This document shows positions 15,680 to 23,896 of a stretch of DNA of 24,000 nt, in pieces. Below the pieces are notes generated by a model that did not search any database, was not told the origin of the DNA, and saw only the letters and a program-made list of their open reading frames with translations. Numbering within the stretch: position 1 is the first letter of the stretch; each line of letters opens with the position of its first letter. Position numbers and translations under genes: made by a program. The stretch is taken from NCBI RefSeq assembly GCF_003946165.1, contig NZ_RHOI01000036.1:2212-26211 (forward strand). The letters are read 5' to 3'. The DNA is from Lacticaseibacillus baoqingensis. Its GTDB lineage: Bacteria; Bacillota; Bacilli; Lactobacillales; Lactobacillaceae.

Positions 15680-16198
15680 TCAATAGCAGTTTGCTGCCGC
15701 AAACGCACTGGTATCTTCTTTTTTGACCTTCATCGCCGCTAAGGTCAAGATCTTTTGCAAGGCGTCAGTCAAGCCGATCCCGCCTTTTTTCGGCATTTTG
15801 ACGATCGTCACTTGATTTCGATACTCGCTGATCGCCGCTTCACACTCTTGACTCATCGCTGCCACTGCCGGCAAGCCGTGCGCTTCAAGCGCGGTGGCGA
15901 CGGTGGCGCACAGCATGCCGTATTTTTCATAATTGAACGCCGGCCCACAAATCACGACGTCTGGTGCTAATTTGTGGCACATCGCCACCAGCTTGTTAGT
16001 CACGGTTTGCGGATCTGCCATGAACGTATCATCCCCGCAATAAAGCGTCGCTAACACCGTCGCATCCACTGCCGGCAGAAAATTCGTAAACATGTCCACG
16101 GCGCCGATCGCCAGCTTCTTGCCGCCTAATGGCAGATCCCCGCGCTCCTTGCCGCCGAACCCAGCTTGGATCTGATCAAGAATAAAAATGACTTTCAT
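15680..16198 (-). CDS. Short GrdB-like protein (resembles the N-terminal region of glycine/sarcosine/betaine reductase protein B), function unknown
   Basis: 172 aa. MKVIFILDQIQAGFGGKERGD resembles the GrdB/PrdB N-terminal xxNQFFAGIGGEEKAD pattern as I recall it. No in-frame TGA, so no selenocysteine region. AAGGAGG RBS. Confidence 0.55.
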   Translation of the reverse strand: MKVIFILDQIQAGFGGKERGDLPLGGKKLAIGAVDMFTNFLPAVDATVLATLYCGDDTFMADPQTVTNKLVAMCHKLAPDVVICGPAFNYEKYGMLCATVATALEAHGLPAVAAMSQECEAAISEYRNQVTIVKMPKKGGIGLTDALQKILTLAAMKVKKEDTSAFAAANCY

Positions 16199-16232
16199 CG
16201 CAATTCCTCCTTGGCTTGGCGCCTACATTTGG

Positions 16233-17582
16233 CTAAAGATCATCAAATGAAATGTCGTCAAATGAGATATCATCCGTTTCGTCTTTTTTATCGGTGGCGT
16301 CGGCTTCTTCTTTAAGATAGTTATTGTCCAAGATCTTGATGAATGGGTAATACACCAAGCAGCCTAGGATCAGCAGCAAGATCTGATAGACTGCCGCGAC
16401 CCAGCTTCCGGTCGATAAATAACCGGAAAAGCCGACCGGCGTCGTCCATGGTAAAGCGACCCCATTGGTATACGGAATAATTCCCAGCTTCGTCACCGCC
16501 GTGGAGATCAAGAGGTTCATCAATGGCACCAGGTTGAATGGGATCAAAATGATCGGATTCAACACGATCGGTAACCCAAAGATGATCGGCTCATTGATCC
16601 CAAAGATCCCCGGGATCAATGACAGCTTCCCGAGCTGCTTGATCCGCTGCGACTTGCAAAACAAGATCATCACGATGATCAACGACAGCGTTGAACCGCC
16701 GCCGCCGAAGTTGGTGAAGAAGTTGGAAAATGGATCCGTAAAGATATTTGGCAACGTTTTGCCGGCTTGGAAGGCATCCAAGTTTTCCATGGTCAACACC
16801 TTGGTGATCGGGCCAAAAACGGAATTGGCCACCGCCGGCCCATTGATCCCAAACGACCAAAACAGCGTGCAGGCTAACCCATAGATCACTTGTGCAAACA
16901 AGGTGTTCCCAGCACCTTTAAGCGGCGTCTGCAAGATCTCGAAGATGAAGTTGTGCACGGTCCCAAAACTGGTCATCCCCACAAAGATGCGCACGAAGAA
17001 GAACACGATCATCACTAAGCCGCTAGGAATCAAGGCGGCAAACGAATCCGCCACTGCCGGTGGGACCCCATCAGGCATCTTGATCGTCCAGCCGCGCTTG
17101 GCGGCAAACGCATACAGCTGTACCGCCACTAACGCCACAACTAAACCTAAGAAAATGCCGTTGGTGCCCAAGTATTCCGTGTCCAACCCAACAATGCTAG
17201 TGCCGCCTTTTAATACGAGGTCAGTAGGCGTCAAGATGATGAACGCCACGATCGCCACCCCAGCGGCTTGGATCGCATCCGTATCAAGTTGGCGGCCATA
17301 GGCGTAGGCGGTGCCAAAACACGATAAAAAGCCCACTAAGTTAAACACTGACCGCGACACATTAGCAAACCACGACTGCCATTGAGACCCTAAGATCCCG
17401 TTCCAAAATTCGACCCAATGCGGGATGGGAAAGTTATTGAACAAAAGAAATAACGACGCCACGATGATCAATGGGGTGGTGATCAAGAAGCCATCACGGA
17501 TGGCAATCAGGATCTTGTTTTTCCCCAGCTTTTCAGCCAGCGGCATCAAGGTCTTTTCCAATGCGTGTAACATAGTCTTCAC
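16233..17582 (-). CDS. PTS EIIC, lactose/cellobiose/chitobiose (type 3) family
   Basis: 449 aa polytopic membrane protein with the typical N-terminus MPLAEKLGKNKILIAIRDGF. Unusual acidic tail DETDDISFDDISFDDL. Confidence 0.9.
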   Translation of the reverse strand: MKTMLHALEKTLMPLAEKLGKNKILIAIRDGFLITTPLIIVASLFLLFNNFPIPHWVEFWNGILGSQWQSWFANVSRSVFNLVGFLSCFGTAYAYGRQLDTDAIQAAGVAIVAFIILTPTDLVLKGGTSIVGLDTEYLGTNGIFLGLVVALVAVQLYAFAAKRGWTIKMPDGVPPAVADSFAALIPSGLVMIVFFFVRIFVGMTSFGTVHNFIFEILQTPLKGAGNTLFAQVIYGLACTLFWSFGINGPAVANSVFGPITKVLTMENLDAFQAGKTLPNIFTDPFSNFFTNFGGGGSTLSLIIVMILFCKSQRIKQLGKLSLIPGIFGINEPIIFGLPIVLNPIILIPFNLVPLMNLLISTAVTKLGIIPYTNGVALPWTTPVGFSGYLSTGSWVAAVYQILLLILGCLVYYPFIKILDNNYLKEEADATDKKDETDDISFDDISFDDL

Positions 17583-17600
17583 TCCTCCAAAATGTGGCGG

Positions 17601-17927
17601 TTACTGGGCTTTTTTCTTCAAGGCGAGCAAGGCTTGCTTCAGCACGCGTTCGCCGTTCATGGTGCCATAATCTTGGCTGTCGATCAGGATCACCGGGGTG
17701 CCGTCTTGCCCATATTTTTCAGCCGTTTCGTCATACAAATATTTCACTTGCGGGCCAAGCATGATCACATCCGGATGTTCTTCATCGACAATATTTTGGA
17801 GCAATCCGTGGGGCTTGGCGGCAACCGTCACTGGCATCTTGTGGGCATCTGCTACATCTTGCATCTTTTGGGCCAATAGACTAGTCGACATGCCTTGGCT
17901 GCAAAACAGATAAATTTTCTTACTCAT
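17601..17927 (-). CDS. PTS EIIB, lactose/cellobiose/chitobiose family
   Basis: 108 aa. KKIYLFCSQGMSTSLLAQKM closely parallels E. coli ChbB (IYLFCSAGMSTSLL), including the phospho-Cys. Confidence 0.92.
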   Translation of the reverse strand: MSKKIYLFCSQGMSTSLLAQKMQDVADAHKMPVTVAAKPHGLLQNIVDEEHPDVIMLGPQVKYLYDETAEKYGQDGTPVILIDSQDYGTMNGERVLKQALLALKKKAQ

Positions 17928-17945
17928 GATGATTTCCTCCTTGAT

Positions 17946-18905
17946 CTAATCGATCGGTGCCTTGATCCGACGTTCGTATGCGTCAAGCCATTCTTGGGTG
18001 ATCGGCTCGATGCGGGTTTGGTGGTCTGCTGCCGGATGAGCGATCAAGATCTGCGGGGCAGCATCCGCAGTGGCAACGCTAAAGGTAAATTCTACATTGG
18101 TCGCCACGCCCCACTCACCGCGATTATTCATCGCCACTAAAGAGAATTCGCCGCATTTGCCATAACGCGCCTGCAAGGTTTCTGCAAAACTGTAAACCGC
18201 CTGATCTGCGGCTTCTTGCGGGGTTTTGCCGGCAGCCATTTGGCGAACGATCTCATAGCTCAAACAGCCTTTCATCAAGTCTTCGCCTAAGCCGGTGGCC
18301 GCCGCCCCGCCAACGGCACTATCCACATAAAAACCCGATCCTGACAGCGGCGAATCGCCGACGCGCCCGGCTTTTTTCATAAACAAACCAGAAGTCGACG
18401 TCGCCGTGGCCATCGACCCATTGCCTGCCAACGTCACGGCACCGACGGTATCATGGCCATCATAAGGACTCAGGTCCGACGCGCGCATCGCCGCCAAACG
18501 TTGTTGCCAAAGCTTCTTAGCGCGCGGCGTCAACATGTTCACCATTTCAAAGCCTTGCAGTTGCGCATATTTAGTGGCACCAGCGCCAACACGGAAGCTA
18601 TTGTAGTGCTCATGGCTCAGCGCCCGCGCCACTGAAACGGCGTGCAAAACGTTATGGATCCCAGCGACCGCCCCTTGAGCAAAGGTGTCCCCATCCATGA
18701 ATGCTGCATCCATTTCCACCTCGCCTTCTTCATTCGGCAAGCCGCCATAACCCACTGATTTGTAGTATTCATAGGCTTCTACGCGTTTGATCAACGCTTC
18801 TACCGCATCGCCTGCAGTGCCGCCAGCCGCTAATTGCCGGCTGGCATCCACGACACCGTCATGTGCCATACGCCAAGTGGCGATCGTCCCCCACATTGTC
18901 ATCAC
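17946..18905 (-). CDS. Ntn-hydrolase glycosylasparaginase (N4-(beta-N-acetylglucosaminyl)-L-asparaginase)-type enzyme
   Basis: GHDTVGAV autoprocessing site, GRVGDSPLSGSGFYVD and AAATGLGEDLMK resemble aspartylglucosaminidase more than the EcAIII-type isoaspartyl peptidase. The start may be the ATG at 18902 (TGATG overlap with the upstream stop) rather than the GTG at 18905. Confidence 0.8.
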   Translation of the reverse strand: MMTMWGTIATWRMAHDGVVDASRQLAAGGTAGDAVEALIKRVEAYEYYKSVGYGGLPNEEGEVEMDAAFMDGDTFAQGAVAGIHNVLHAVSVARALSHEHYNSFRVGAGATKYAQLQGFEMVNMLTPRAKKLWQQRLAAMRASDLSPYDGHDTVGAVTLAGNGSMATATSTSGLFMKKAGRVGDSPLSGSGFYVDSAVGGAAATGLGEDLMKGCLSYEIVRQMAAGKTPQEAADQAVYSFAETLQARYGKCGEFSLVAMNNRGEWGVATNVEFTFSVATADAAPQILIAHPAADHQTRIEPITQEWLDAYERRIKAPID

Positions 18906-20218
18906 CCTTTCGTCAATGCCAACATGCTTTGCATATAGATCTGCATGTTTTTGGCGAGGTCATCTTCTGTCATCCATTCATCTTGTTTATGCGCGATCCC
19001 TTTTTGTCCGGGAAATGACGGCCCAAACGCGAGGATATTGGGCATCACCCGCGCATAAGTGGCGCCGGTAGTGGTCACAGGCGTTGGGTTTAAGCCGGTC
19101 ACCGCCCCATATACCGCCGACAACGTTTGGATCTCCGGGCGGGTTTGATCATGCATCACGCCTGGCAGCCGCCGCAGTACCTGCAGTTGGGTTTGCGGCG
19201 GCAGGCTTGATTGCAAACGCGCTGTCACCGTGGCTTCGCTGACGGATACCGGATAGCGGATCGCCAACCCCAAGCGCAAGCCGGCAGCCGTTTTGCTCAA
19301 GCGATATGGCGTCATGATCAAGGCCCCAGAATCAGCATCTTCAAGCGCCAAGTCCAGGCCTTGGCCGTGATGTTGATCCGCCAGATGCGTGACGATCCAA
19401 GCAAAATACGCTTGCAGCGCTTCAGGGCCCAGTTTGGCCGCCACGATCTGCTTGGCCAACTCAGTCAACGCATTCACGCCTAATTCCGGGGCGTTGGTCG
19501 GCGCGCGCTTGCCAATGGCCTTGAACACCTGTCCTGCCAACGTGGTGCTGAGTTGATCCGGCACATGATCTTTGGCCTGTTCGCCGACGATCGGCCCTAA
19601 GGCGGCAGCAGCTGGCAAAGTCGTGTCTAACGCATAGTTGACGATCCCGCGTTCGCCATACACCACCGGATATTTGCCATCTGGGGTGAACCCAAACTGC
19701 GGTGGCGCCTCATGTTCAAGATATAATGGCACATCGGCACAGCCGCTTTCTTCATCAGAACCAAAGATCAGCCGAATCGTTTTGGCGGGTTGAAACCCCA
19801 TGTTGCACAACAGCTTCATCCCATAAAGACACGCCATGATCGGCCCTTTATTATCCAAAACCCCGCGGCCGTACAGCGTGCCATTGTGCCGGGTCAATTC
19901 AAAAGGCGGCGTGTGCCAACCAGATCCGGCGGCAACGACATCCAAATGCCCCACGATGCCAAGATAATCGGTATCATCATCACCCCATTGCACATACGCC
20001 ATGGCGTCATTGACGATGCCGGTTTTGAACCCATAGGCTTGACCCATTTGCGCCACTAGCGCCAACGCTTGCTTGGGCCCTGATCCAAATGGCGCCGCAT
20101 CAGCAGCAGCCCCGCGCACACTTTCCACTTGGATCATCTCAGCCAAATCAGCGATGAACGCTTCCCAATGCAAAGCGACCACTGGTTTGATGCGACTGTC
20201 CATCCTAAGCATAAGCAC
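18902..20218 (-). CDS. pepV: M20-family dipeptidase, PepV/Sapep-like
   Basis: 438 aa with GHLDVVAAGSGWHTPPF, LYGRGVLDNKGP and FGSDEESG metal and active-site motifs. Confidence 0.85.
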   Translation of the reverse strand: MLMLRMDSRIKPVVALHWEAFIADLAEMIQVESVRGAAADAAPFGSGPKQALALVAQMGQAYGFKTGIVNDAMAYVQWGDDDTDYLGIVGHLDVVAAGSGWHTPPFELTRHNGTLYGRGVLDNKGPIMACLYGMKLLCNMGFQPAKTIRLIFGSDEESGCADVPLYLEHEAPPQFGFTPDGKYPVVYGERGIVNYALDTTLPAAAALGPIVGEQAKDHVPDQLSTTLAGQVFKAIGKRAPTNAPELGVNALTELAKQIVAAKLGPEALQAYFAWIVTHLADQHHGQGLDLALEDADSGALIMTPYRLSKTAAGLRLGLAIRYPVSVSEATVTARLQSSLPPQTQLQVLRRLPGVMHDQTRPEIQTLSAVYGAVTGLNPTPVTTTGATYARVMPNILAFGPSFPGQKGIAHKQDEWMTEDDLAKNMQIYMQSMLALTKG

Positions 20219-20228
20219 TCCCTTCTCG

Positions 20229-20954
20229 TCACGGCCGCCGCATCAGCGTCGACTTGAACGAATACTTATCACTGCGATAATACGATTGGTCATACAAAAT
20301 CGGCTTGCCATCACTGGTAAATGTCACCGTATGCGACACGAGCAGCGGCGCGTTGCGCTTTTGATCCAATAATGCCGCCAAGCGCTCATCTGCCGCAGTC
20401 GCTTCGATTTCTTGATGCGCATAAGCGATATCCACTTGCTGCTCTAAGATTGCAAACAACGAGCCTTCAAAGTCTTTGGCCTGCTTGCCGGCGACATACT
20501 CGTGGCACAACACCACCTCTTCGATCGTCATCGGATCATCATCCCAAAAACGCCGCCGGACCAGCCGGTCATACTGACCATTGGGCCGTCCAGGCGTGGC
20601 CAGCTTAGCTAAGATCGCCGGGCTTGGGGTGATCAGCGGCTCATAGGCTAAAACCTCTGTGTGGCTGGTTTTGCCATAGCTTTGCGCGACTTCCGTGAAC
20701 CCTTGCAAGCCATTTTGCCCACTGGCGATCTTGTCTTGGCTTTGCTCAACCACATAGGTCCCATAGCCCGGTTTTTTGACCAGCAGGTGTTGATTGATCA
20801 ACACGCCGATCGCCTTGCGGATGGTCATGCGCGTGACCCCAAATTCTTCTGCCAAAGTATATTCAGATGGCAGCCGCTGGGCCGGGACATAGTAGCCTTC
20901 TTGGATCCGTTGTTGGATCGTTTTGACCACCGTTGCATATTTTGGTTCACTCAT
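20229..20954 (-). CDS. GntR-family regulator, HutC subfamily (wHTH plus UTRA effector domain)
   Basis: 241 aa. N-terminal LPSEYTLAEEFGVTRMTIRKAI wHTH, with a length and C-terminus typical of UTRA. The ATG overlaps the asdA stop by 8 nt. Confidence 0.9.
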   Translation of the reverse strand: MSEPKYATVVKTIQQRIQEGYYVPAQRLPSEYTLAEEFGVTRMTIRKAIGVLINQHLLVKKPGYGTYVVEQSQDKIASGQNGLQGFTEVAQSYGKTSHTEVLAYEPLITPSPAILAKLATPGRPNGQYDRLVRRRFWDDDPMTIEEVVLCHEYVAGKQAKDFEGSLFAILEQQVDIAYAHQEIEATAADERLAALLDQKRNAPLLVSHTVTFTSDGKPILYDQSYYRSDKYSFKSTLMRRP

Positions 20955-22536
20955 TTGATTGCCCCCTTTTGTTGGCCCATGTCACTTGCAGATCATCCAT
21001 CCAATGGATCAAGCGCGCCCCAATTTGCGCATATTGGCGCGTGGCCAAGTTAGCCAAAGAGATCCGCACCGCCCATGGATGGCTGCCAAAATCACGCGTT
21101 TGCAAGAGCATCACATTCTCATCTGCCGCCAGCTGCACCAATAGCTGCCGCGGCGAATAGCGTGTTTTGACAAATGCGGCAAATGCCTGGCCATAGCGTG
21201 CCTGGATCCAGGCCATTAGATCCAGCTCGCAATAATATGCCGTATCATGACGCGTCTCAGGCAGCGGCAGCCCTAACGTAGCAAACAGCTGTTTTTCGCG
21301 AGTGCGGCAAATCGCCATCACCTCGGCTTGATACGCCGCGCCATCGACCAAGCAGCCATACAGCGAAAACAAGGCGATCATCACTTGCTGCACCGCCGAC
21401 AAGCCAGCCGCATGGTTGAGCGCGATATCGCGCGAATCGGCGACTAAGCGATCGATAAACGGCAACGGCGCATCACTGGTCACCGCGGCATACCGTGCCG
21501 CGACCGTCGCCGCTTGCGCCGGCGGGAGCCGTTGCAACAAGCGGTCAAACACATTGTCTTGTGCCATGGCGATTGCCCCAACGCGCCACCCGGTTGCGCC
21601 AAAGTACTTCGAAAACGAGTACAGACACACCGTATTGCGCGGCAATACCGCAAACAACGACTGAAACCCGCTGGCAAACGTCCCGTAAACGTCATCGGTC
21701 AAGATCATCAAGTCTGGCCGCGCTTCATTAACGATCGTTTGGATCTGCCGGATATTGGCGGCACCTAAGGCGTTGGCCGTGGGGTTGCTGGGATTGACCA
21801 CGAACACGGCGGTGACCAAAGGATCGCGCAGCTTATCCAATTCAACCGCTGGATAATGATACGTGGTGCGCCCGGCTGCCCGAGTTTGCGTCGATCGGAT
21901 CGCCACCACATCAAAATGGTATTGCGGCAGCTTGGTGATCTCTAGATATGGCGCAAAGGTCGGCAACAACAAAGCGATACGCGCCCCGGGCTCAAGCAAA
22001 TGCGTGTTGATTAGCGTGTCAAACAAATAACAGATCCCTGCCGTCCCCCCTTCAACCGGAAAAACATCAAAGGCAGGTGCTGCTTGTCCAAACAAATTTT
22101 GTTGTAAATAAGCCTTCAACGGGTGCTCACAAACTGGTAAACACCGCGCCGGCGCCGGATAATTGTCGCCAATGATCGCATCACACGCCGCATCCAGCCA
22201 AGCGGCCGCTGGCATCCCTAAGTCAGTTGCCGACAACGCCAAGAGCTGCTCCAAAAACGTTGACCCAGCCCCTGGGCGCGTTTGCAAAAAAGCCAAAAAG
22301 CGCGCCAAGCGATCGGCTGCCGGCATGACCATCGTACCGGTCAAGCCCCCTTGTTGGGTTTCTTGAGTAGCAAATTCACCTAAGAGAAAAAACGCCTCAC
22401 GCGGTACCGGTGCCGTCCAGTTAGGATTGCCGCGACCGGCGTCTAAGACCTGCTGGCGCTTGGGGTCAACGACGTGTTTTTGGAGATATAAGCTGAGTTC
22501 GAACGGGCTGAGTGCTTCTAGCTGTGCGTCTTGCAT
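20947..22536 (-). CDS. asdA: Aspartate 4-decarboxylase (bifunctional aspartate aminotransferase/beta-decarboxylase)
   Basis: 529 aa. LSPFEL, DAGRGNPNW, VNPSNP, DLMILTDDVYGTF, YSFSKYFGATGWR and FIDRLVADSR..ALNH all match the AsdA/AspD family as I recall it. Confidence 0.9.
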   Translation of the reverse strand: MQDAQLEALSPFELSLYLQKHVVDPKRQQVLDAGRGNPNWTAPVPREAFFLLGEFATQETQQGGLTGTMVMPAADRLARFLAFLQTRPGAGSTFLEQLLALSATDLGMPAAAWLDAACDAIIGDNYPAPARCLPVCEHPLKAYLQQNLFGQAAPAFDVFPVEGGTAGICYLFDTLINTHLLEPGARIALLLPTFAPYLEITKLPQYHFDVVAIRSTQTRAAGRTTYHYPAVELDKLRDPLVTAVFVVNPSNPTANALGAANIRQIQTIVNEARPDLMILTDDVYGTFASGFQSLFAVLPRNTVCLYSFSKYFGATGWRVGAIAMAQDNVFDRLLQRLPPAQAATVAARYAAVTSDAPLPFIDRLVADSRDIALNHAAGLSAVQQVMIALFSLYGCLVDGAAYQAEVMAICRTREKQLFATLGLPLPETRHDTAYYCELDLMAWIQARYGQAFAAFVKTRYSPRQLLVQLAADENVMLLQTRDFGSHPWAVRISLANLATRQYAQIGARLIHWMDDLQVTWANKRGQSNE

Positions 22537-22564
22537 GATCGGCCTCCGAATTTAGTGTTTACTA

Positions 22565-22580
22565 TATGGTATATACTATA
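22565..22580. promoter_or_regulatory. Candidate GntR/HutC operator
   Basis: TATGGTATATACTATA has a perfect 8 bp palindrome core GTATATAC (the GT-N-TA-N-AC pattern typical of HutC/NagR/DasR-type sites). It overlaps the predicted -10 of the operon promoter. Confidence 0.55.
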
Positions 22581-22602
22581 TCGGCGGGCAGACTTTTAGC
22601 AA
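22575..22602 (-). promoter_or_regulatory. Candidate promoter of the asdA-to-M42 operon
   Basis: Minus strand: TTGCTA (22602-22597), 16 nt spacer, TATAGT (22580-22575). GGAGG RBS before the ATG at 22536. Confidence 0.5.
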
Positions 22603-22682
22603 GCGTTTTCATCATTTTCTCACTTGCTCTGTTTGCCAACTTATAAGAGAATAATTCTAACGTTTTTATTGGAGGGGATAGG

Positions 22683-23438
22683 ATGGTGATCATTGCCGCG
22701 GCCAATGCCGTGATCGGTGCTTTGGTCGGGATGACTGGCGTGGCCGGGTTCTTGCTGCCGATGTTATACGCCGGCTTTTTAGGGTACACACCGACAACCG
22801 CTTTAGCATTCAGCTTTTTGGCCTTCATTGTTTCAGGGCTGCTTGGTGCCCGCAATTATGCGCGCGCCGGACTATTAGACCGGCGCTTGGCGGGCATTGT
22901 CAGCATTGGCTCGCTAGTTGGGGCGTTGGCAGGGGTGAAGCTCAACTTGTTATTATCGCCTGACCTAGTCACCGCGATCTTATACTTAGTCGTTTTGGCT
23001 TCAGGCGCGGCGATCTTGATCCAACAAGCGCGTTTGCGCCCTGTCGACCATCCCCAAAGCCCCTTACTGACTCACTCAGGATTCTTATTCGGTTTTGGTT
23101 TGCTCACCGGGGCGCTATGTGCGTTATCCGGAGCCGGCGGACCCGTCTTGGTCATGCCATTGTTAGTGGTTTTAGGCTGTGCGCCACACGTCGCTGTCGG
23201 CGTCGCCTTGTTGAATTCAGTGGCTATTTCCGTGCCCGCTGCGATCGGTTACTTCACCCAGATCCATTGGCAAGCTTACCTGCCGCTGTTGGCGATCATT
23301 ATCGTCACGCACGGACTAGGCGTATGGTGGGGCAGCACCGTTGGCCCTAAGATCAATGCGAATGTCCTAAAAATCGGTACCGCCAGCTTTTCTGTTGTGT
23401 TAGCGTTGTTCAAACTGATCAGCACTTGGGTCCATTGA
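22683..23438 (+). CDS. TauE/SafE-family sulfite/organosulfonate exporter-like permease
   Basis: 251 aa, Gly/Leu-rich polytopic protein with internal duplication typical of TauE/SafE. GGAGGGG RBS. Confidence 0.8.
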   Translation: MVIIAAANAVIGALVGMTGVAGFLLPMLYAGFLGYTPTTALAFSFLAFIVSGLLGARNYARAGLLDRRLAGIVSIGSLVGALAGVKLNLLLSPDLVTAILYLVVLASGAAILIQQARLRPVDHPQSPLLTHSGFLFGFGLLTGALCALSGAGGPVLVMPLLVVLGCAPHVAVGVALLNSVAISVPAAIGYFTQIHWQAYLPLLAIIIVTHGLGVWWGSTVGPKINANVLKIGTASFSVVLALFKLISTWVH

Positions 23439-23462
23439 CTACTTCGTTCATCAATCACAAAC

Positions 23463-23508
23463 AATAGCGCGACCATCGAGCGACTTTTCGCTCAATGATC
23501 GCGCTATT
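23463..23508 (+). terminator. Hairpin after the TauE-family gene (possible terminator)
   Basis: AATAGCGCGA..GAGCGA-CTTT-TCGCTC..TCGCGCTATT. No clear U-run follows. Confidence 0.4.
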
Positions 23509-23649
23509 AGTCATTTACGGGTAATTTAGGGCACTAAATAGATGCTCGATGGTTCACATGTACTGAAATATCAGTTTCCGCTAACCCTTAATTGTCACGC
23601 TTTCATTCACTTTTTCATATATATTCAAGCAATTATTGACAAAAAGCGC

Positions 23650-23678
23650 TTGCAGTAAACCGGTTTCCACGATATACT
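23650..23678 (+). promoter_or_regulatory. Candidate promoter of the SDR gene
   Basis: TTGCAG, 17 nt spacer, TATACT. Predicts a ~210 nt leader. Confidence 0.45.
23655..23668. promoter_or_regulatory. LacI/GntR(LacI-type)-like palindromic operator
   Basis: GTAAACCGGTTTCC has a perfect 10 bp palindrome AAACCGGTTT in the promoter spacer. A related half-palindrome AGAAACCGTTAC lies at 23726-23737. Confidence 0.45.
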
Positions 23679-23896
23679 CTGTTTGTGGTTTCTTAAACAA
23701 GAACGCCGTTTCTTTTTAAGAAATTAGAAACCGTTACTTTACTTCTGCTAAACGCCATGCTAGCAGCGTTTGGCGGAAGTGATCGTCACAATTGCTATTA
23801 TTTTGTGCGTTACTGCTCAATCCAATTGAGCGGATGTTGCCCGTAGTCACTGCACAGGTTTATCCCTGTGTCGTCACACTTAAAGGAGTTACGACA

